A DNA stretch of 64,000 bases. It comes from Atractiella rhizophila (lineage: Eukaryota). The notes below the pieces were generated by a model. It was not told where the DNA came from and searched no databases. It saw nothing but the letters and a program-made list of their open reading frames with translations. Shown here piece by piece: positions 14,105 to 31,231 of this stretch (position 1 is its first letter; each line of letters starts with the position of its first letter). A program made the translations under genes and the position numbers. The stretch spans positions 1 to 64,000 of the forward strand of contig MU271247.1 in NCBI GenBank assembly GCA_021432655.1, read 5' to 3'.

Positions 14105-16766
14105 ATGAAGGTCATCCTGTTGCAATTTGCTTCGCTTCTTCCCTTCATTAATGCCTTTGAGATCCGGGTAGCGAAGGAGACAAGTTGCGCTTACGGTGAC
14201 AAGTGTTGGCCATCTAAACTCGAGTGGGGTCTATTCAATATCACCATTGGTGGTATGCAGTTCAGTCCGCCCAGGAGACAGTCCTGACCCTGGTCCTGGG
14301 CAGGCAATTTGATCGCTCCAAAGCCCGCTGCAGCGGTCTGTCATCGAGAGCATTATGACGCAGCCGCCTGCGCTGATGCTCAAGCAAACTGGGCTATCGA
14401 CCAGTGGCAAGCAGATCAGCCGGGTGGATACGCCTACGGTGCTTTTAGCGACGGACTGGGTCCGAACAACTCTTGTCCTATCACTGGAGACATCGATTCG
14501 CCTTGTTCCCAAGGTGAGTAGTTGGAGCATATCCTTCCTTAAGTCGGTATGTTTATCTGGTGACGATTAGGTCAAGTTCCCGTTCTAGCTGCGAATGTCC
14601 AGAACAAAGCCCACATTGTCGCCAGTTTGCTCTTCGCTGCCACACATAATCTAAAGCTGCGAGTCAAGAACACAGGTGGGTTGGAACCTGTCCATCATCC
14701 GAAGTGAAAAGTCTGAGAAGAAGCTTATGCAGGTCATACCTTGACTGGTCAGTCTCAAGGCACCGGGAGCTTTGCCATTTACACTCACAACCTCAAGGAG
14801 TAAAGTCCTTCCTTTCCTGAAGTTCTTCGAATTGAGTCGTTTTCTAGCATCAAGTTTGTTGACAACTTTGTTCCTTCCGGTTCGAAGAAAGGAGTGGGAT
14901 CTGCCGTAACTTACCAAGCGGTTTGTCCTCCCCAACACTCGTATGAGCTAACCTGACTAGACTCACCTTTAGGGAGTCCAATTCTACGGTATGCATCCCT
15001 TCTCATCGGTGTGGACCATTCTGAAGTTCCTGCCAAGAGCTTTATCCTGCTGCTGGTACGGGTTCCGTTTCACTAATTGTTCTCTGGCAAAACTGACCTG
15101 CATTAGATGAGGCTGGTGTCATCGTTATTGGCGGCTCTTGCGACAGCGTGCGTTGAATCTGGACCTCTTGATACTGTGCTGAGACGTTGAGCAGGTTGGC
15201 GGTGCTGGCGGCTACTGGCAAGGGGGTGGACATTCGTAAGTCCTGTTCCTGACACATTCATGACCCATTCAAACAGGATGTGTGCGTGAAGACATCTCAC
15301 TCCTCATTACGGACTGGGTCTTGACAATGTGGTACGTTGCAATCTCCCCTTGGCTCAAGCCATTCTTGACGTATGCACAAGCTCGAGTTCACCCTTATTA
15401 CTGTAACTGGCGCCATTCTCAAGGTAAATGCGAACACGTACCCAGACCTTTGGTGGGCTGTCAGGGGTACGCCTTTCTAACGTCTCCACAGAACCGAAGT
15501 CTTACTTTTCTGTAGGTGGGGGTGGAGGGACATGGGGAGTAAGTTACTCTCGACCAGCTCTGAACTTGTACTGATATATCCACTCAGGTCATCTTCGATG
15601 TCACCTATAAGACTCATCCCGCCCTCAAAAACATGCTGGCCATCAACTACCAATACACTATCCCCAACACCGACCTTTACGAGGCTTCCCTCAAATCATG
15701 GATTGACTTGACTCCGGTTCGCCTTTCCCATCGTCTCCTTCCTCATTAACCAGTTGCACAGACGATGCGAGACTATGGCATGACGGACATCAGCGCCGCG
15801 GATCGTACCGCTCTCGTCATCCTGGGAACCGTGTTTCTCCCTAACGTGACGGACGTCTCTACTGTCGATGAGGTTTTCGCTCCCATCTACCAATTTGCGT
15901 CGGACAACAACGTCACTTTCACTACGACATACAACCTTTATGATACCTACTGGGATATGGTCAAGAATGAACCTTTGGCCACTCGCCCTGGTGGTCATGA
16001 GGATGCCGTCGTGTCTGCTGCACGGTTTGTGTGGTTCCCCCATCTCTTGGGCCATATAGAGATGATGATCTTCTTCAGACTTGCTCCCAGAAGCGCTTAC
16101 GCGAACACTACAGCGCTGGCGAAGTTCCTTGCTGCCCTTCCTGCTACATATATGTTCGATAGTCAGTTTCTCTTCCTTCTTCCTACCAGTTGTCTTACAG
16201 GTCTTCTGCAGCCCCTGGTGGAAAGGCAACAGAGTTCAGTGTTGACTCCGCTTCTGTCAATCCTGCGTGGAGGGGTGCTAATGGCGCTATTGCCGAATAC
16301 ATCTGGTGAGTTTGCTACATCATTCTGTTTTTTTCGCTCAAGATCAGGAAAGGTATGAGGGATGGACGAATGCTGGACCTGCTTCAGAGCAGATTGCTGT
16401 CAGGCAGGGTGCCGTGGAGAAACTGAAGACATTGACTGAGATCATTGGATCTGATGCCGTCTATTCGAACGAAGCTAACCCCGTACGCATCACGCCTGTC
16501 ATGCTTGCTGAAATGAACCTCATACCGCTGTTTAGGATGAGGATTACTTTCCACACAACTTTTGGGGAAGCAACTACGATCGTCTTCTGCAGATCAAAAA
16601 GAAGTACGATCCCAAACGACTGTAAGTGTACCTTCTTCAATCCACAACTACCCGCTAATTTAGTTCTTCCAAGACTCACATGCAATGTCTGTGTAAGTTG
16701 GCTCCTACTTTCGCTAGTTTATAGAGAGCTGACACGACTGTTCAGATCGGCTGGAATGGATATTGA
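14105..16766 (+). CDS. Secreted FAD-linked oxidoreductase (berberine-bridge-enzyme-like, FAD_binding_4 + BBE domain)
   Basis: Signal peptide MKVILLQFASLLPFINA; CWPS..EW; RVKNT|GH (FAD-linking His); VGGAGGYWQGGGH; WAVRGGGGGTWGV; YSNEA...FWGSNYDRLLQIKKKYDP; many short introns. Confidence 0.9.
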
Positions 16767-17537
16767 TTATACCAAGGAAGTTTCAAAGGCATTTGTACAG
16801 CCTTATAAATGTTTCATCTTTTTATTCCCCTCGGTTCCATTATACCTTATCGTTTCGTCAAACCTGTCGTTTTGTTGCATTTTCCGAGCAAACGGTTCCT
16901 TAGCGGTTTCTAAAGAAACACCTAAGTCAAGCTGCATTTCATTTGTTACTGTGGTCCCTTGCCATAGCTGCTGCGGGCATCATCTTGCAATATCTATTGC
17001 GTTCATTCTCTTGCTCTTCAGACTACCCAATCAGCTCCCGCAAACATAGCACGACGACTTGATTGTATTCACCCCAGGCTTCTTGTTGGGAAAGCTGCAC
17101 AGAAAGCTGAAAGTGCTCAGGTCTGTTCAAATTCCGGTGGCAGGGGTTAGAATAACCAGGATGAATTTTGTCACAATCATCTACAACCTTCGTCCCAACG
17201 ATCGAAGGGGATTTGGTATGGCAAGGTATGAAAAAGTCTGAACCAAAAACGGATGTGGGGGAGTAGTAAGGAATATAGATGGGAGTTGATGGACTATTTG
17301 ATTATTTGGACCACGAACGGATGAAATGGGATGGATTGAAGGAGGGGGCGGTGGGAAATGACGAAGCACTGAGAATGCGACGAAGAACCGAATCGATATA
17401 GGAGAGAAGAAGAGGGAGAGAGAGATGCGGGATGCGAGAATATGAGCAAGAAAGAAACTGTGCCATCACTACACGGTCAGCACAACCTGAGGAGATGGGA
17501 AAGATGAAAGGACGCACCCGAAGAAAACTAAGAGGGG

Positions 17538-18856
17538 TCACACATCGATATAGATCAACATCGGCTCTCCAACGTCTGTGATCTCCGGAATTGTGCATTT
17601 AAGATCAAAGCTCTTCGACAACACGATTTTGAAGACTATTTTATTCAACACGTCAACCAATCCGAAGGCTCAATATAGAAAGAAGCGAAACGACGCACTC
17701 TTCTGAACATTTATCGAATGACTGGTAGAACAAAAGATCAAAGGTGCCTTCATCGCCCTGGCAAATCTTCGGCTCTGCCTCGTAATCTCTTCCTGCTCGT
17801 CCCTCGAGAAATTGGAGAAATGATCGTATTTGGTTCCTATCAGGAATGGGATGGCTGTCTGCTCGCCCAATAAACCAGACATATTAGCTCCAAAGGCAAA
17901 AAAGGACGGAGAAAGGATGGATGAGACCTTGTTGAACCCTCGTGCCTGACGATACCACTCCTTGATCGAATTGAGAGTCGATTTCCGCGAGAGATCAAAC
18001 ATGAAAAGAATTGCGACCGCATCGTTGCATACCAGAGGGAGCATGTTGACGAACTCTCGCTGACCTGTCACATTTGGAAACATGAGCATGCAGACGCGAA
18101 ACGGCGAGAAAAGTCAGCGGTACAGGTAAATGTGACATACCTCCTAAATCCCAGATACTGAAGGTGATCTCAGTGTTCCGGATCGAAATCTACCCTCTCC
18201 GTCAGCTATCCATCTAATACGACCCCTGTCTGAGACACATACTGTCTTCTCCATGAAACTATGCAGATTCTCATCAATCCGACGAACTAGAAGAGAAAGA
18301 AGAGACGTACTTCACTCCTAACGTCTGGATGTAGTCCTCATCAAATGATCCCTCGACGTATTTGACCATGAGCGAGGTCTTGCCGATCTATCATCCCAAA
18401 CGAATCAGATGTGCTCCAGTTTAACCACATCTCAGAAGCAGGAGAGGAGGTGGCAGACATACCTGTGAGTCGCCGACCATGCCCACCTAATCATGAATGC
18501 ACAATTCAGCTTCCCTGGAACGCTTGCAGGCCAGCAAATGGAGAAGAGGTACCTTCAATACCACACTAATCCCGTGTTCAAGCTCAGCATTCTGCACGGA
18601 CCCAAAGTAAAACTGAAAGAGAGAAGAGGACGTACCTATTCTTCTCCCCTGCCTCGGCTCCACCTTTCTCTAGCGCTAACGGACCAGCGGAGTCTGACAT
18701 GTCTACCTGAGCTAAAGTTGAAGTTGAAGAGCGTCGTGAAGATGGAGCTGTAGAAGTGGGTGGTGAGTACTGCTCTTCTTGGCTATCCAGCGCCGCAAAG
18801 AATCTAATGGTAGTAGGAGAACTAGGAGGACTAGATAAAACGATGCCAGCGGACAT
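17538..18856 (-). CDS. TEM1: Septum-promoting / mitotic-exit small GTPase (Spg1/Tem1)
   Basis: Spliced [39 protein letters not shown]...[51 protein letters not shown]...FDLKCTIPEI. Confidence 0.95.
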
Positions 18857-19225
18857 TCTGAGCGAAGGGATAGATAATATTGTAGGAAGGTAAAAGAGTA
18901 GAAGTTGACTGGCGCGTCACGACTGATTCGTGTATGAGAATAAGGAGCTCGAGCCCCGACGACTTCACATCAACACAGCTCAGATGGCCACAAGAGATGC
19001 AGCACATGGCTCCTCGTCACCTTAAATGCGACGTCCTTTCCCTTTGGTGCGAATCAGAAAGGACAAAGAGGCGTACCTGAGTGTCCCTTCCTATAACATG
19101 AAACCACCAAAACGCTTGCGATATCCTACCTGGTATACTCTAACCACCCACACACTCGGTTGCTGAGCTGGAGTGACGCTTGCTGCTGGTGAGTCGAGTG
19201 ATGGAGATGGCGGGAGAGGATGCTT

Positions 19226-23422
<4,197 letters not shown>

Positions 23423-23493
23423 GTTGCTTGATGATTTGTTGTTGATAAGAAATGGGTTGGTCGTAAGGTGGCGGCCACTCCTGCCGATCGACT

Positions 23494-23543
23494 GCTTATA
23501 TATTCTGGGAGTTGAGTCATGTTTCCTTCCAGAACTTCCGAAA
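23494..23543 (-). promoter_or_regulatory. Putative polyubiquitin TATA box and imperfect heat-shock element
   Basis: TATATAAG on the minus strand ~75 nt upstream of the ATG; TTCcaGAActTCC at 23527-23539 resembles nTTCnnGAAnnTTCn. Confidence 0.4.
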
Positions 23544-23687
23544 ATGCAGCACGTGAACAGCTCACGATCTCCAGATCTACGTATCGTCTTGGTCTTGTGT
23601 TGTCTATTCAGGTCCATTGCCCATATTATTCAAGTTGCCAGCCATTCTTATAGTAGTTCTTTCATATCAGTTTAAGGAAGGCGAAGC

Positions 23688-24479
23688 ATGTCGTCGAACT
23701 CATACCACTTCTTTCTCATTGGAACACTTGACAATCCACTTTACACACTCTCCTTCTCCTCTTCCCGGGTATCATCCCTCCCGCCATCCTCAAATCAAGG
23801 CTCCACTTCTGCCGCTGCGTTTTCAATATTCGGAGCTGTAGCAGTACCTGCTCATGTACCTGGTGCGTACTGAGTGTTGGAAATTACAATCAGCTGATGG
23901 TTAAGGAAAGGGACCAGTTCGGTAGGCTACCCATCAAGCAAAACAGCTCCAGGTGCCTCTCATGTCGCTGAACTGGTAGCACATGCGAGTTTAGATTGTA
24001 TAGAGGACGCGATGTGGACTCAGAATGGGATGTATGTCTCCTCATATCACAGAATTCTGTTCTTTCATCTTACCTACGAGTGCCAAACAGCAATGCTCAT
24101 TGTCAATTGGCGCTATAGGTACCTCAAAGCAGTGGACAAATTTCATGAATGGACTGTCTCAGCATGGCTGACACCAGGGGGTGAGCCATTTTACCCTCTA
24201 CTAGAATCGCGCTGATGTGATGATAATGGTAAAAGGGATGAAACTTGTCCTTCTACACGAGAACAAAGCCGACGATGCGATCCGTCTTTTCTTTCAAGAG
24301 GCGTGGGAGGCATATGTCAAGGTCTGTCCCACACTTCTTCAATATCTCCTCTCCTGTCCAATCTTTGGTTAATGCTGCTTGTTTAGTGTCTACTCAATCC
24401 TTTCCATTATGTCAATAAACCCATCACGAGTCGCACATTTGATGCTAGGATTCGAGGAAGTGCAAAGAAAAATCTATGA
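23688..24479 (+). CDS. TRS20: TRAPP complex subunit, sedlin family
   Basis: YHFFLIGTLDNPLY...VAHASLDCIEDAMWTQNGM|YLKAVDKFHEWTVSAWLTPG...LLNPFHYVNKPITSRTFDARIR. Confidence 0.92.
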
Positions 24480-24639
24480 TTATAACCACCTTCCCATCGC
24501 TCCATCAAGTACAAATTGAAGTGCAGCACGCAACATGCATCGCGGTTGAACGTATGAAGTGTCACTCAAGAAAGCAATTGTTACGCTCCTCCTTCCTTAA
24601 AGTTACAGCAGCCATCCTCTCCTCTAGCATGCTCGATTG

Positions 24640-26124
24640 ATTTACATCATACAAAGACAACAGGGATCATGATAGTCATCAGAACACAAAAGCGGTCCAT
24701 CTTTACCAAGGGACAAACCTATCCTTGGCGTCGAAGAATTTGTCCCAACTCTTGCTCATGCTAAGCCAACGAAACGATTCATCCTCTTTCAAGGCTACCC
24801 CAAAACCTTTGATTTCAAACGTCTGAAGTGTGGTGATGTTTCCGAACACTTTTTCTGCTAGTTCCGAAGTGATGTTGCGTTCCTCCTACATTCACTGTGA
24901 TCAGATTATGTTCACACAACACGAAATAATGAAACCTACAGAACGGGAATTCCTTATCCATCCTTCTGCCTCTGCTCCCATGTATGAATTCCCACACCAT
25001 GGTAAACTATAACCGACATTCAGGTCAACGGTCGGTGGAATCACCAGATGGGAGAGGTTCGGGAATTTTCGTAAGGACGGAATAAGCTCCTTTTGAAGAA
25101 AATGTCAATGAAATTTGTCAAAAGAATGATTCGGCGCACAAAAACGCTCTCCCGTTCATCATAAGGTCGCTGTTTTAGGCGACCACCAAGTTCTACCGTA
25201 GATAGTGTTGGAAGGGCATCGAAGACATCTACTCCAATAAACTTCAGCTCAGTCCCCTTTCGTGAGAATCCTACCGTCAACTTCCGCCACAGTCCACTCC
25301 TGCTGCTCGAGTGATAGCTCAGAAAGATTGCGATTTGCAGCGCTCTGCAACAGTTGTTTTATGTTCTCCCGTAGCCTGCCTTGTTCGCCATATTCGTGAA
25401 ACCTCGTCCACCAGGACGGTGCTGTGATGTCCAGACTTTGGAGATTTGGAGATACGGAAACAAAAACCGAACAACACGACATGAGATTCAAGCTCTTCAA
25501 GTTGTCTAATTGATCAATGGTTGAAGAGAAGGTGCTTGTGAAGTGTTCTTCGTCTTCGGGAGGAATCAGAAGCGCAATCTCATCCACCAACGGAAAGTCC
25601 TGCAGAAGGTGAGTGAAAATTGCTCCCGCTTCTTTGACAGTATCGTTGCTAGTATCAGTAGTGGTGTCGACTTCAAGATGAAATTTCCTGAATTGTCGTC
25701 AGCAATTACCAACGAGCCGAGGAGGAGAGGACCTTGTATACTTCCTCATCGACTGACAATCGTCCAACATTGTCAGCTTTTGAAGCAGCCTTTCCCAGCT
25801 TCCAATCATTGTCACGTTCACAAAGCTCTCTCCAAACCCTCCAACATCTTCAGCGCACCAAGCTGAAATAGCATCTGTCGTTGCCTCTCGGACTTGGAAA
25901 GCCAAATCCGCGTCCGCGACCAGAACGGACAAATTATGAGGAAGTGTCTTGGGAGGTTCAATGCTGCCTAGTAAGATTTGTCGTGCGTTCTCCCAAGGGT
26001 CCAAAGATGCAGGTTCCTGGGCTTGTTTGGGCCAGGACTTCTGTAAGATGTTTTGCTCCAAGTATTGCCAGGGATCAAACGCGGCCGAGAGCAGCAAGAG
26101 AGTGGGAAGGAAGAGCAAATGCAT
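24640..26124 (-). CDS. Hypothetical secreted protein, multi-exon; 3' end approximate
   Basis: Signal-peptide-like MHLLFLPTLLLLSAA followed by successive minus-strand ORF blocks (25699-26124, 25249-25590, 25041-25280); no recognised family. Confidence 0.45.
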
Positions 26125-26596
26125 GACTACCGCCTTGTTCTGCTAGTCCCTCAAGAAATCACTCGATTTTGCTCCCCAGAGAGCAGATTGAGCTTTAAGG
26201 GAGGGAGTGCCACGTCAAGGTTCGTGGTACATGGATTGAACAGACAGCCCTACAAATGCCGCGGGGTGTCAAGTCATGCTATGGTCGAAGATCTAAGCGG
26301 TGAGAGACCTCGTTATCTGAGCTCTATGTGATTGTTACGTATCCATAAGTTTCGCTTTAGTTTTTCATGCAGAATTTATTCCAAGTTGACAACGCCACCG
26401 ATATATCATTAACCAGAGCCGCAACCGAAGTGAGGGCAGCATGTTCATTTATAATGCAGATTGCATTTGACAAAGAATTGAGGATATCTTCTGAAATATA
26501 ATTGTAGCTAAAAAGACAGATGTTAACAGAAACAACATTTCCAAGGCAAGGAGGTTGATTTTCCCCTCAGGTTGTAGAGAAAGACGAATCGCTTAT

Positions 26597-27346
26597 TCAA
26601 ACATTGTAACCATAGCCGTATTGCGGTTGGTTTTGGTTTTGATTTTGCTGCTGAGCATCTGAGTTGTAGCTCGAGTTCTGGTACACAGGCTGCTGTTGGG
26701 GCTGATAACTTTGTTGGGGTTGTTGGACATTCGTCGCAGCTGCCGTCGTCTGCCCATTATGGGTGGGTATTATAGGTTGCGTCATGTCCAGAATACGCTT
26801 GGGATTAGCCACCGCGGCAGGTCTATGACACTTTCAATCATTTAGTCAGCAAGTGCAAAATGAACGAACCCGGGAAAAGTGAGAGAGTTGACAAATGACA
26901 GAAGGAGGAAGACCACGCCGCAGAAACCTATGATTGCGCCGGCTCTGCGACCTTCTCGTCAGTTCATTGTTCACCCTGGCACGAAGTAAGGCAATGAGAC
27001 CGTACATATTCAAAAATAATCTATCGCTCAAATTGAGCACTCCAAAGAGCACATAAGCCGCTCCCCTGCACACTCTTCACTCTCTGTTCTGCAAGCACGA
27101 AAAGACGACGAACCGTCCTCCAAAAGTCCACCAGCCCTTCCAGTTCTCCACCAGTTTATTTCTGGCATTCTCACCACCTGGATACCTTCCCAATTCCGTA
27201 GCAGCGATCAAAACACCAAATAAAGCGGTATAAGCTCCAATGAGCGCATTGGAGAAGCTGAAAAAGATGAAATGTCCGACTGCACCGACGATAAGGGCTG
27301 CAGCGACGACGAGGTTGACGAGACGGAAGAGAGCGGAGATTTCCAT
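26597..27346 (-). CDS. TVP15: Golgi membrane protein, COPI-associated (Tvp15-like)
   Basis: MEISALFRLVNLVVAAALIVGAVGHF...IGAYTALFGVLIAATE...WWTFGGR|GAAYVLFGVL; Q-rich tail. Confidence 0.75.
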
Positions 27347-27643
27347 AAAGCCTGCTTTAGACGTTGGATTTCCTGTAAACGAATGTTGGGAACGAGTGTT
27401 GGCAGCTAATCAGCGAGTAGATGGTGGAATTTTGACAGTGTTTTGAAGCACAAGCACCTGAAGCACAGAACCAGCCTGAAGCACGAAGGAAAAGGAAGGT
27501 GTTTCGTCCGCGAATCGGCCCGCTTTATCAACATTGCGCTGTCTGGCGTACCTGGTGTACGTTGGACGTACGTCACCTCAAACCACCAAATCATCCTCAC
27601 TCCCAGCAAAACCTCTCTTTCTCCCTTGCATAATCTCCTCAAA

Positions 27644-28265
27644 ATGTCCTTCGTAATTGCAGGTAACGTCTTTCTCTGGTGCTCCGCATATTCGAATTCT
27701 CATGTCGTTTCAGGCCGAAAAGTCGCTTCCGAATACGTGAGCTCAAACAGTCAACTCTCTGTCCAAAGGTGTGAACTTACATTGGTGGAAGATCGCTATT
27801 GCGACGTTTACAACCTTTGGGCTCGGTGTTTGGGCCGCTACCCGCGGTAAGAAGTCGGAGCAGAAGGTTGTGGAGCCTGTGAAGCAGAGCATTGGTAATG
27901 CAGTCGGGTAAGCTCCTTCTTGCTCTGAAAGTAGAGAGAAAGCAGTTTGGCAGCGGCGCTGCTGCGTGGACGCTTTTGCACCACTGAGTAACACTGAGAA
28001 ATATTTTTCGTATGTTTCTTCAGGAGTGACCTCCTGCTCTCTCCGAGGTGGAGGCTGCACTACTTGAAAGTGAAATAATGGTCGAATAAGCTTTTCGTGG
28101 CCAGATTGGTTTAGCAAACAAAATCGCTTGACATTCCCTTGCAAAACTTTCCAACATATCACATGCTGACAACATTTGATGGGGAATAGAGAGGAGGAAG
28201 CTTTCATCCGCGACTTCGTAGCTCGTATGGAGAGGGAAGACACAGCGACGAAGAAGGCACACTAA
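27644..28265 (+). CDS. ATP19: Mitochondrial ATP synthase subunit k, copy 1
   Basis: Spliced MSFVIAG|RKVASEY|IAIATFTTFGLGVWAATRG...GNAVG|EEEAFIRDFVARMERE; short N-terminus, one TM helix and EEE.FI..F motif. Confidence 0.75.
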
Positions 28266-28960
28266 TATCATAACTCACCGAATGTCTCCTTCTACCACCA
28301 TAGATGGAATACAACAGTCGATGCCGTCCCTGTCAAGTTAGTTTGTTGTGAGGTTGTGGAGCGGACTCAGAAACCTTGGAGTTGAGTTGTTGCTTTTCAA
28401 CGAAGGTTTGTCCCAGCCATCGTGTTCCCAGTCTCTTCCAAGCATCCTACCCAGCGAAGAAAGTGATCCATCAAGTTCTCCTTCCAGTTGAGCCCGTCAT
28501 TGAAGCAAACTCCCCAACGTCCCCTTAACTTTACACCCTTTCCATACGTCCCATTCTTGTATCAGTACGGAGGTCTCATCCCTACAGTGCTGTGTTATGA
28601 GGACCATTTGAGGCAGGTGAAATGCCAGAACTAGACTTGAAGTAAGATGAAAGGTGGAACAACAGCTTTTCTTTTAGGATTAATTTCTTTAGCAAGCATC
28701 GTCTGAACTCAACTCAGCACCTGTGGAGTATATGTTGCTGAGAAAGTTCTGTATTCACATAAAGTCCCTTCAATGCGTAGCACTGTAACTTCTCCTATGT
28801 AGAGATAATCCAGGAATGATAATCTTCAATATTCGACAACTTGCACGATTTGCCAATAGCAATTCCGTTTCCGTAGTTTAGTCTGCCATCAAACCTTAAT
28901 TTGCGGCTGATTGTTTTCTTTAAGCAAAGACATTCACAGGTAAGAAGAAAGGAGAGCAGG

Positions 28961-29596
28961 ATGAAGATCGAGCAGTGTTCTTTCTCAGGATTCAAGATCT
29001 ACCCCGGCAAGGTGCGTCTTTCTCTCCTAGTTATCTGCGGAATGGTTGGCCGAAGTGGGTTGCTGGCAGGGTAAACTTTACGTTCGCCTCGATTCTAAGG
29101 TCTTTCGCTTCGTATCTTCCAAGAATGAGAGCCTTTTCCTCCAACGCAAGAACCCCCGAAAAATCGCTTGGACCACTGTTCGTCTACCCATCTCATTCAC
29201 GACCTCTCCCTCATCCGCTCATTTATGTATTTGGGACATGGATCAATAGGTTTACAGGCGTGTCCATAAGAAGGGAATTACAGAAGAGATTGCCAAGAAG
29301 CGCTCGCGAAAGACCGTGAAGCACCAGCGAGGAATTGTTGGCGCTGACATGGCATCTATCCTCAAGCTTCGGAACCAGAAGCCGGAGGTATGTGCTCTCC
29401 ACATTCAATAGTGGCTGTTTTCTGAGCTCTTCGGTTATAGGTGAGGGACGCGGCTAGGGCTGCTGCAGTGAAGGCGGCTAAGGATGAGAAGAAGGCGAAG
29501 GAGGAGAAGAAGAAGGCATCCAAGCCTAAGGTCTCGATCGCTGGTGGTGCCAAGGTTAGCAAGCAGTCAGCAAAAGGTAGCAAGGCTGGACGATGA
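28961..29596 (+). CDS. RPL24: 60S ribosomal protein L24 (eL24), copy 1
   Basis: [31 protein letters not shown]...[24 protein letters not shown]. Confidence 0.97.
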
Positions 29597-29946
29597 GCAA
29601 TCCAATCCTCTTCTATTGTTCAAAAAAAAAAAAAAAAAAAAAGAGCGGAGATTTCCATAAAGCCTGCTTTAGACGTTGGATTTCCTGTAAACGAATGTTG
29701 GGAACGAGTGTTGGCAGCTAATCAGCGAGTAGATGGCGGAAATTTGACAGTGTTTTGAAGCACAAGCACCTGAAGCACAGAACCAGCCTGAAGCACGAAG
29801 GAAGGTGTTTCGTCCGCTCATCGGCCCGCTTTATCGTTGCACTGTTGAGCGTACCTGGTGTACGTTGGACGTACGTCACCTCAAACCACCAAATCGTCTT
29901 CACTCCCAGCAAAACCTCTCTTGCAGCTTAGCCTAATCTCCTCAAA

Positions 29947-30543
29947 ATGTCCTTCGTAATTGCAGGTAACGTCTTTCTCTGGTGCTCCACGTATTCAAAG
30001 TCTCATGTCGTTTTAGGCCGAAAAGTCGCTTCCGAATACGTGAGCTCAAAACAGTTAACTCTCTGTCCAAAGGTGTGAACTTATGTTGGTGAAGATCGCT
30101 ATTGCGACGTTTACAACCTTTGGGCTCGGTGTTTGGGCCGCTACCCGCGGTAAGAAGTCGGAACAGAAGGTTGTGGAGCCTGTGAAGCAGAGCATTGGTA
30201 ATGCAGTCGGGTAAGCTCCTTCTTGTTCTGAAAGTAGAGAGAAAGGAGTTTGGTAGCGGCGACGCTTTTGCACCACTGAGTAACACTGAGAAATATTTTC
30301 ATGTGTTTCTTCAGGAGTGACCTCCTGCTCTCTCCGAGGGGGCTGCTCTACTTAGGATGGTCGAATTAGCTTTTGTGGCCAGATTAGTTTAGCAAACAAA
30401 CCGCTTGACTTTCCCTCGCCAGATCTTTTCGACATATCACATGCTGACAACATTTGATGGGGAATAGAGAGGAGGAAGCTTTCATCCGTGACTTCGTAGC
30501 TCGTATGGAGAGGGAAGACGCAGCGACGAAGAAGGCACACTAA
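29947..30543 (+). CDS. ATP19: Mitochondrial ATP synthase subunit k, copy 2
   Basis: Same exon structure as copy 1, with synonymous changes and one T>A substitution. Confidence 0.75.
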
Positions 30544-31231
30544 TGTCACAACTCACCGAACATCTCCTTCTAGCACCCATAGATGGAATACAAACAGTCC
30601 ATGCCGTCCCGTTCAAATTAGTTCAGATGCACATTGGACTCAAATGCTTCAAATGCCATTTAAGTTGCTGCTTTTCAACGAAGGTTTGTCCGAGCCATCG
30701 TGTTCCAGTTTCTGCCAAGGATCCTACCTAGCGAAGAAAGTGATCCATCAAGTTCTCCTTACAGTTCATCCCGTCAACGAAGCAATTTCCTCCTACGTCC
30801 TCTCAACTTTTCACCCTTCCATACATCCTGTTCTTGTATCAGTACGGATGTCTCATCCCTACAGTGCTGTGTTGAGGACCATTTGAAGCAGGTGATGCCA
30901 GAACTAGACTTGAAGTAAGATGAAAGGTGGAACAACAGAGGAATAAATTTCTTTAGCAAGCAATGTCTGAACTCAACTCAGCACCTGGGAGGATATGTTG
31001 CTGAGAAAGTTCTGTATTCAGATAAAGCTCCTCCACTGCGTAGCGCTGTAACTTCTCCTATGTAGAGATAATCCGGGAAGGATAATCCCCTTCCCCTCAA
31101 GAGTCAACAATTCCAGCGATTTGCCAATAGTAATTCCGTTTCCGTAGTTTAGTCTGGCTCGAACCTTAATTTGCGGCTGATTGTTTTCTTTAAGCAAACG
31201 ACATTCACAGGTAAGAAGAAAGGAGAGCAGG

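Noticed and set aside
1..16766. LYS2, FAD oxidase and membrane proteins as a secondary-metabolite cluster
   Set aside because: The A-T-R enzyme has canonical Lys2 features (primary lysine synthesis), and nothing in the sequence links it to its neighbours.
28961..29642. RPL24 copy 1 as a processed retrogene
   Set aside because: All introns and upstream sequence are retained, and there is no target-site duplication.
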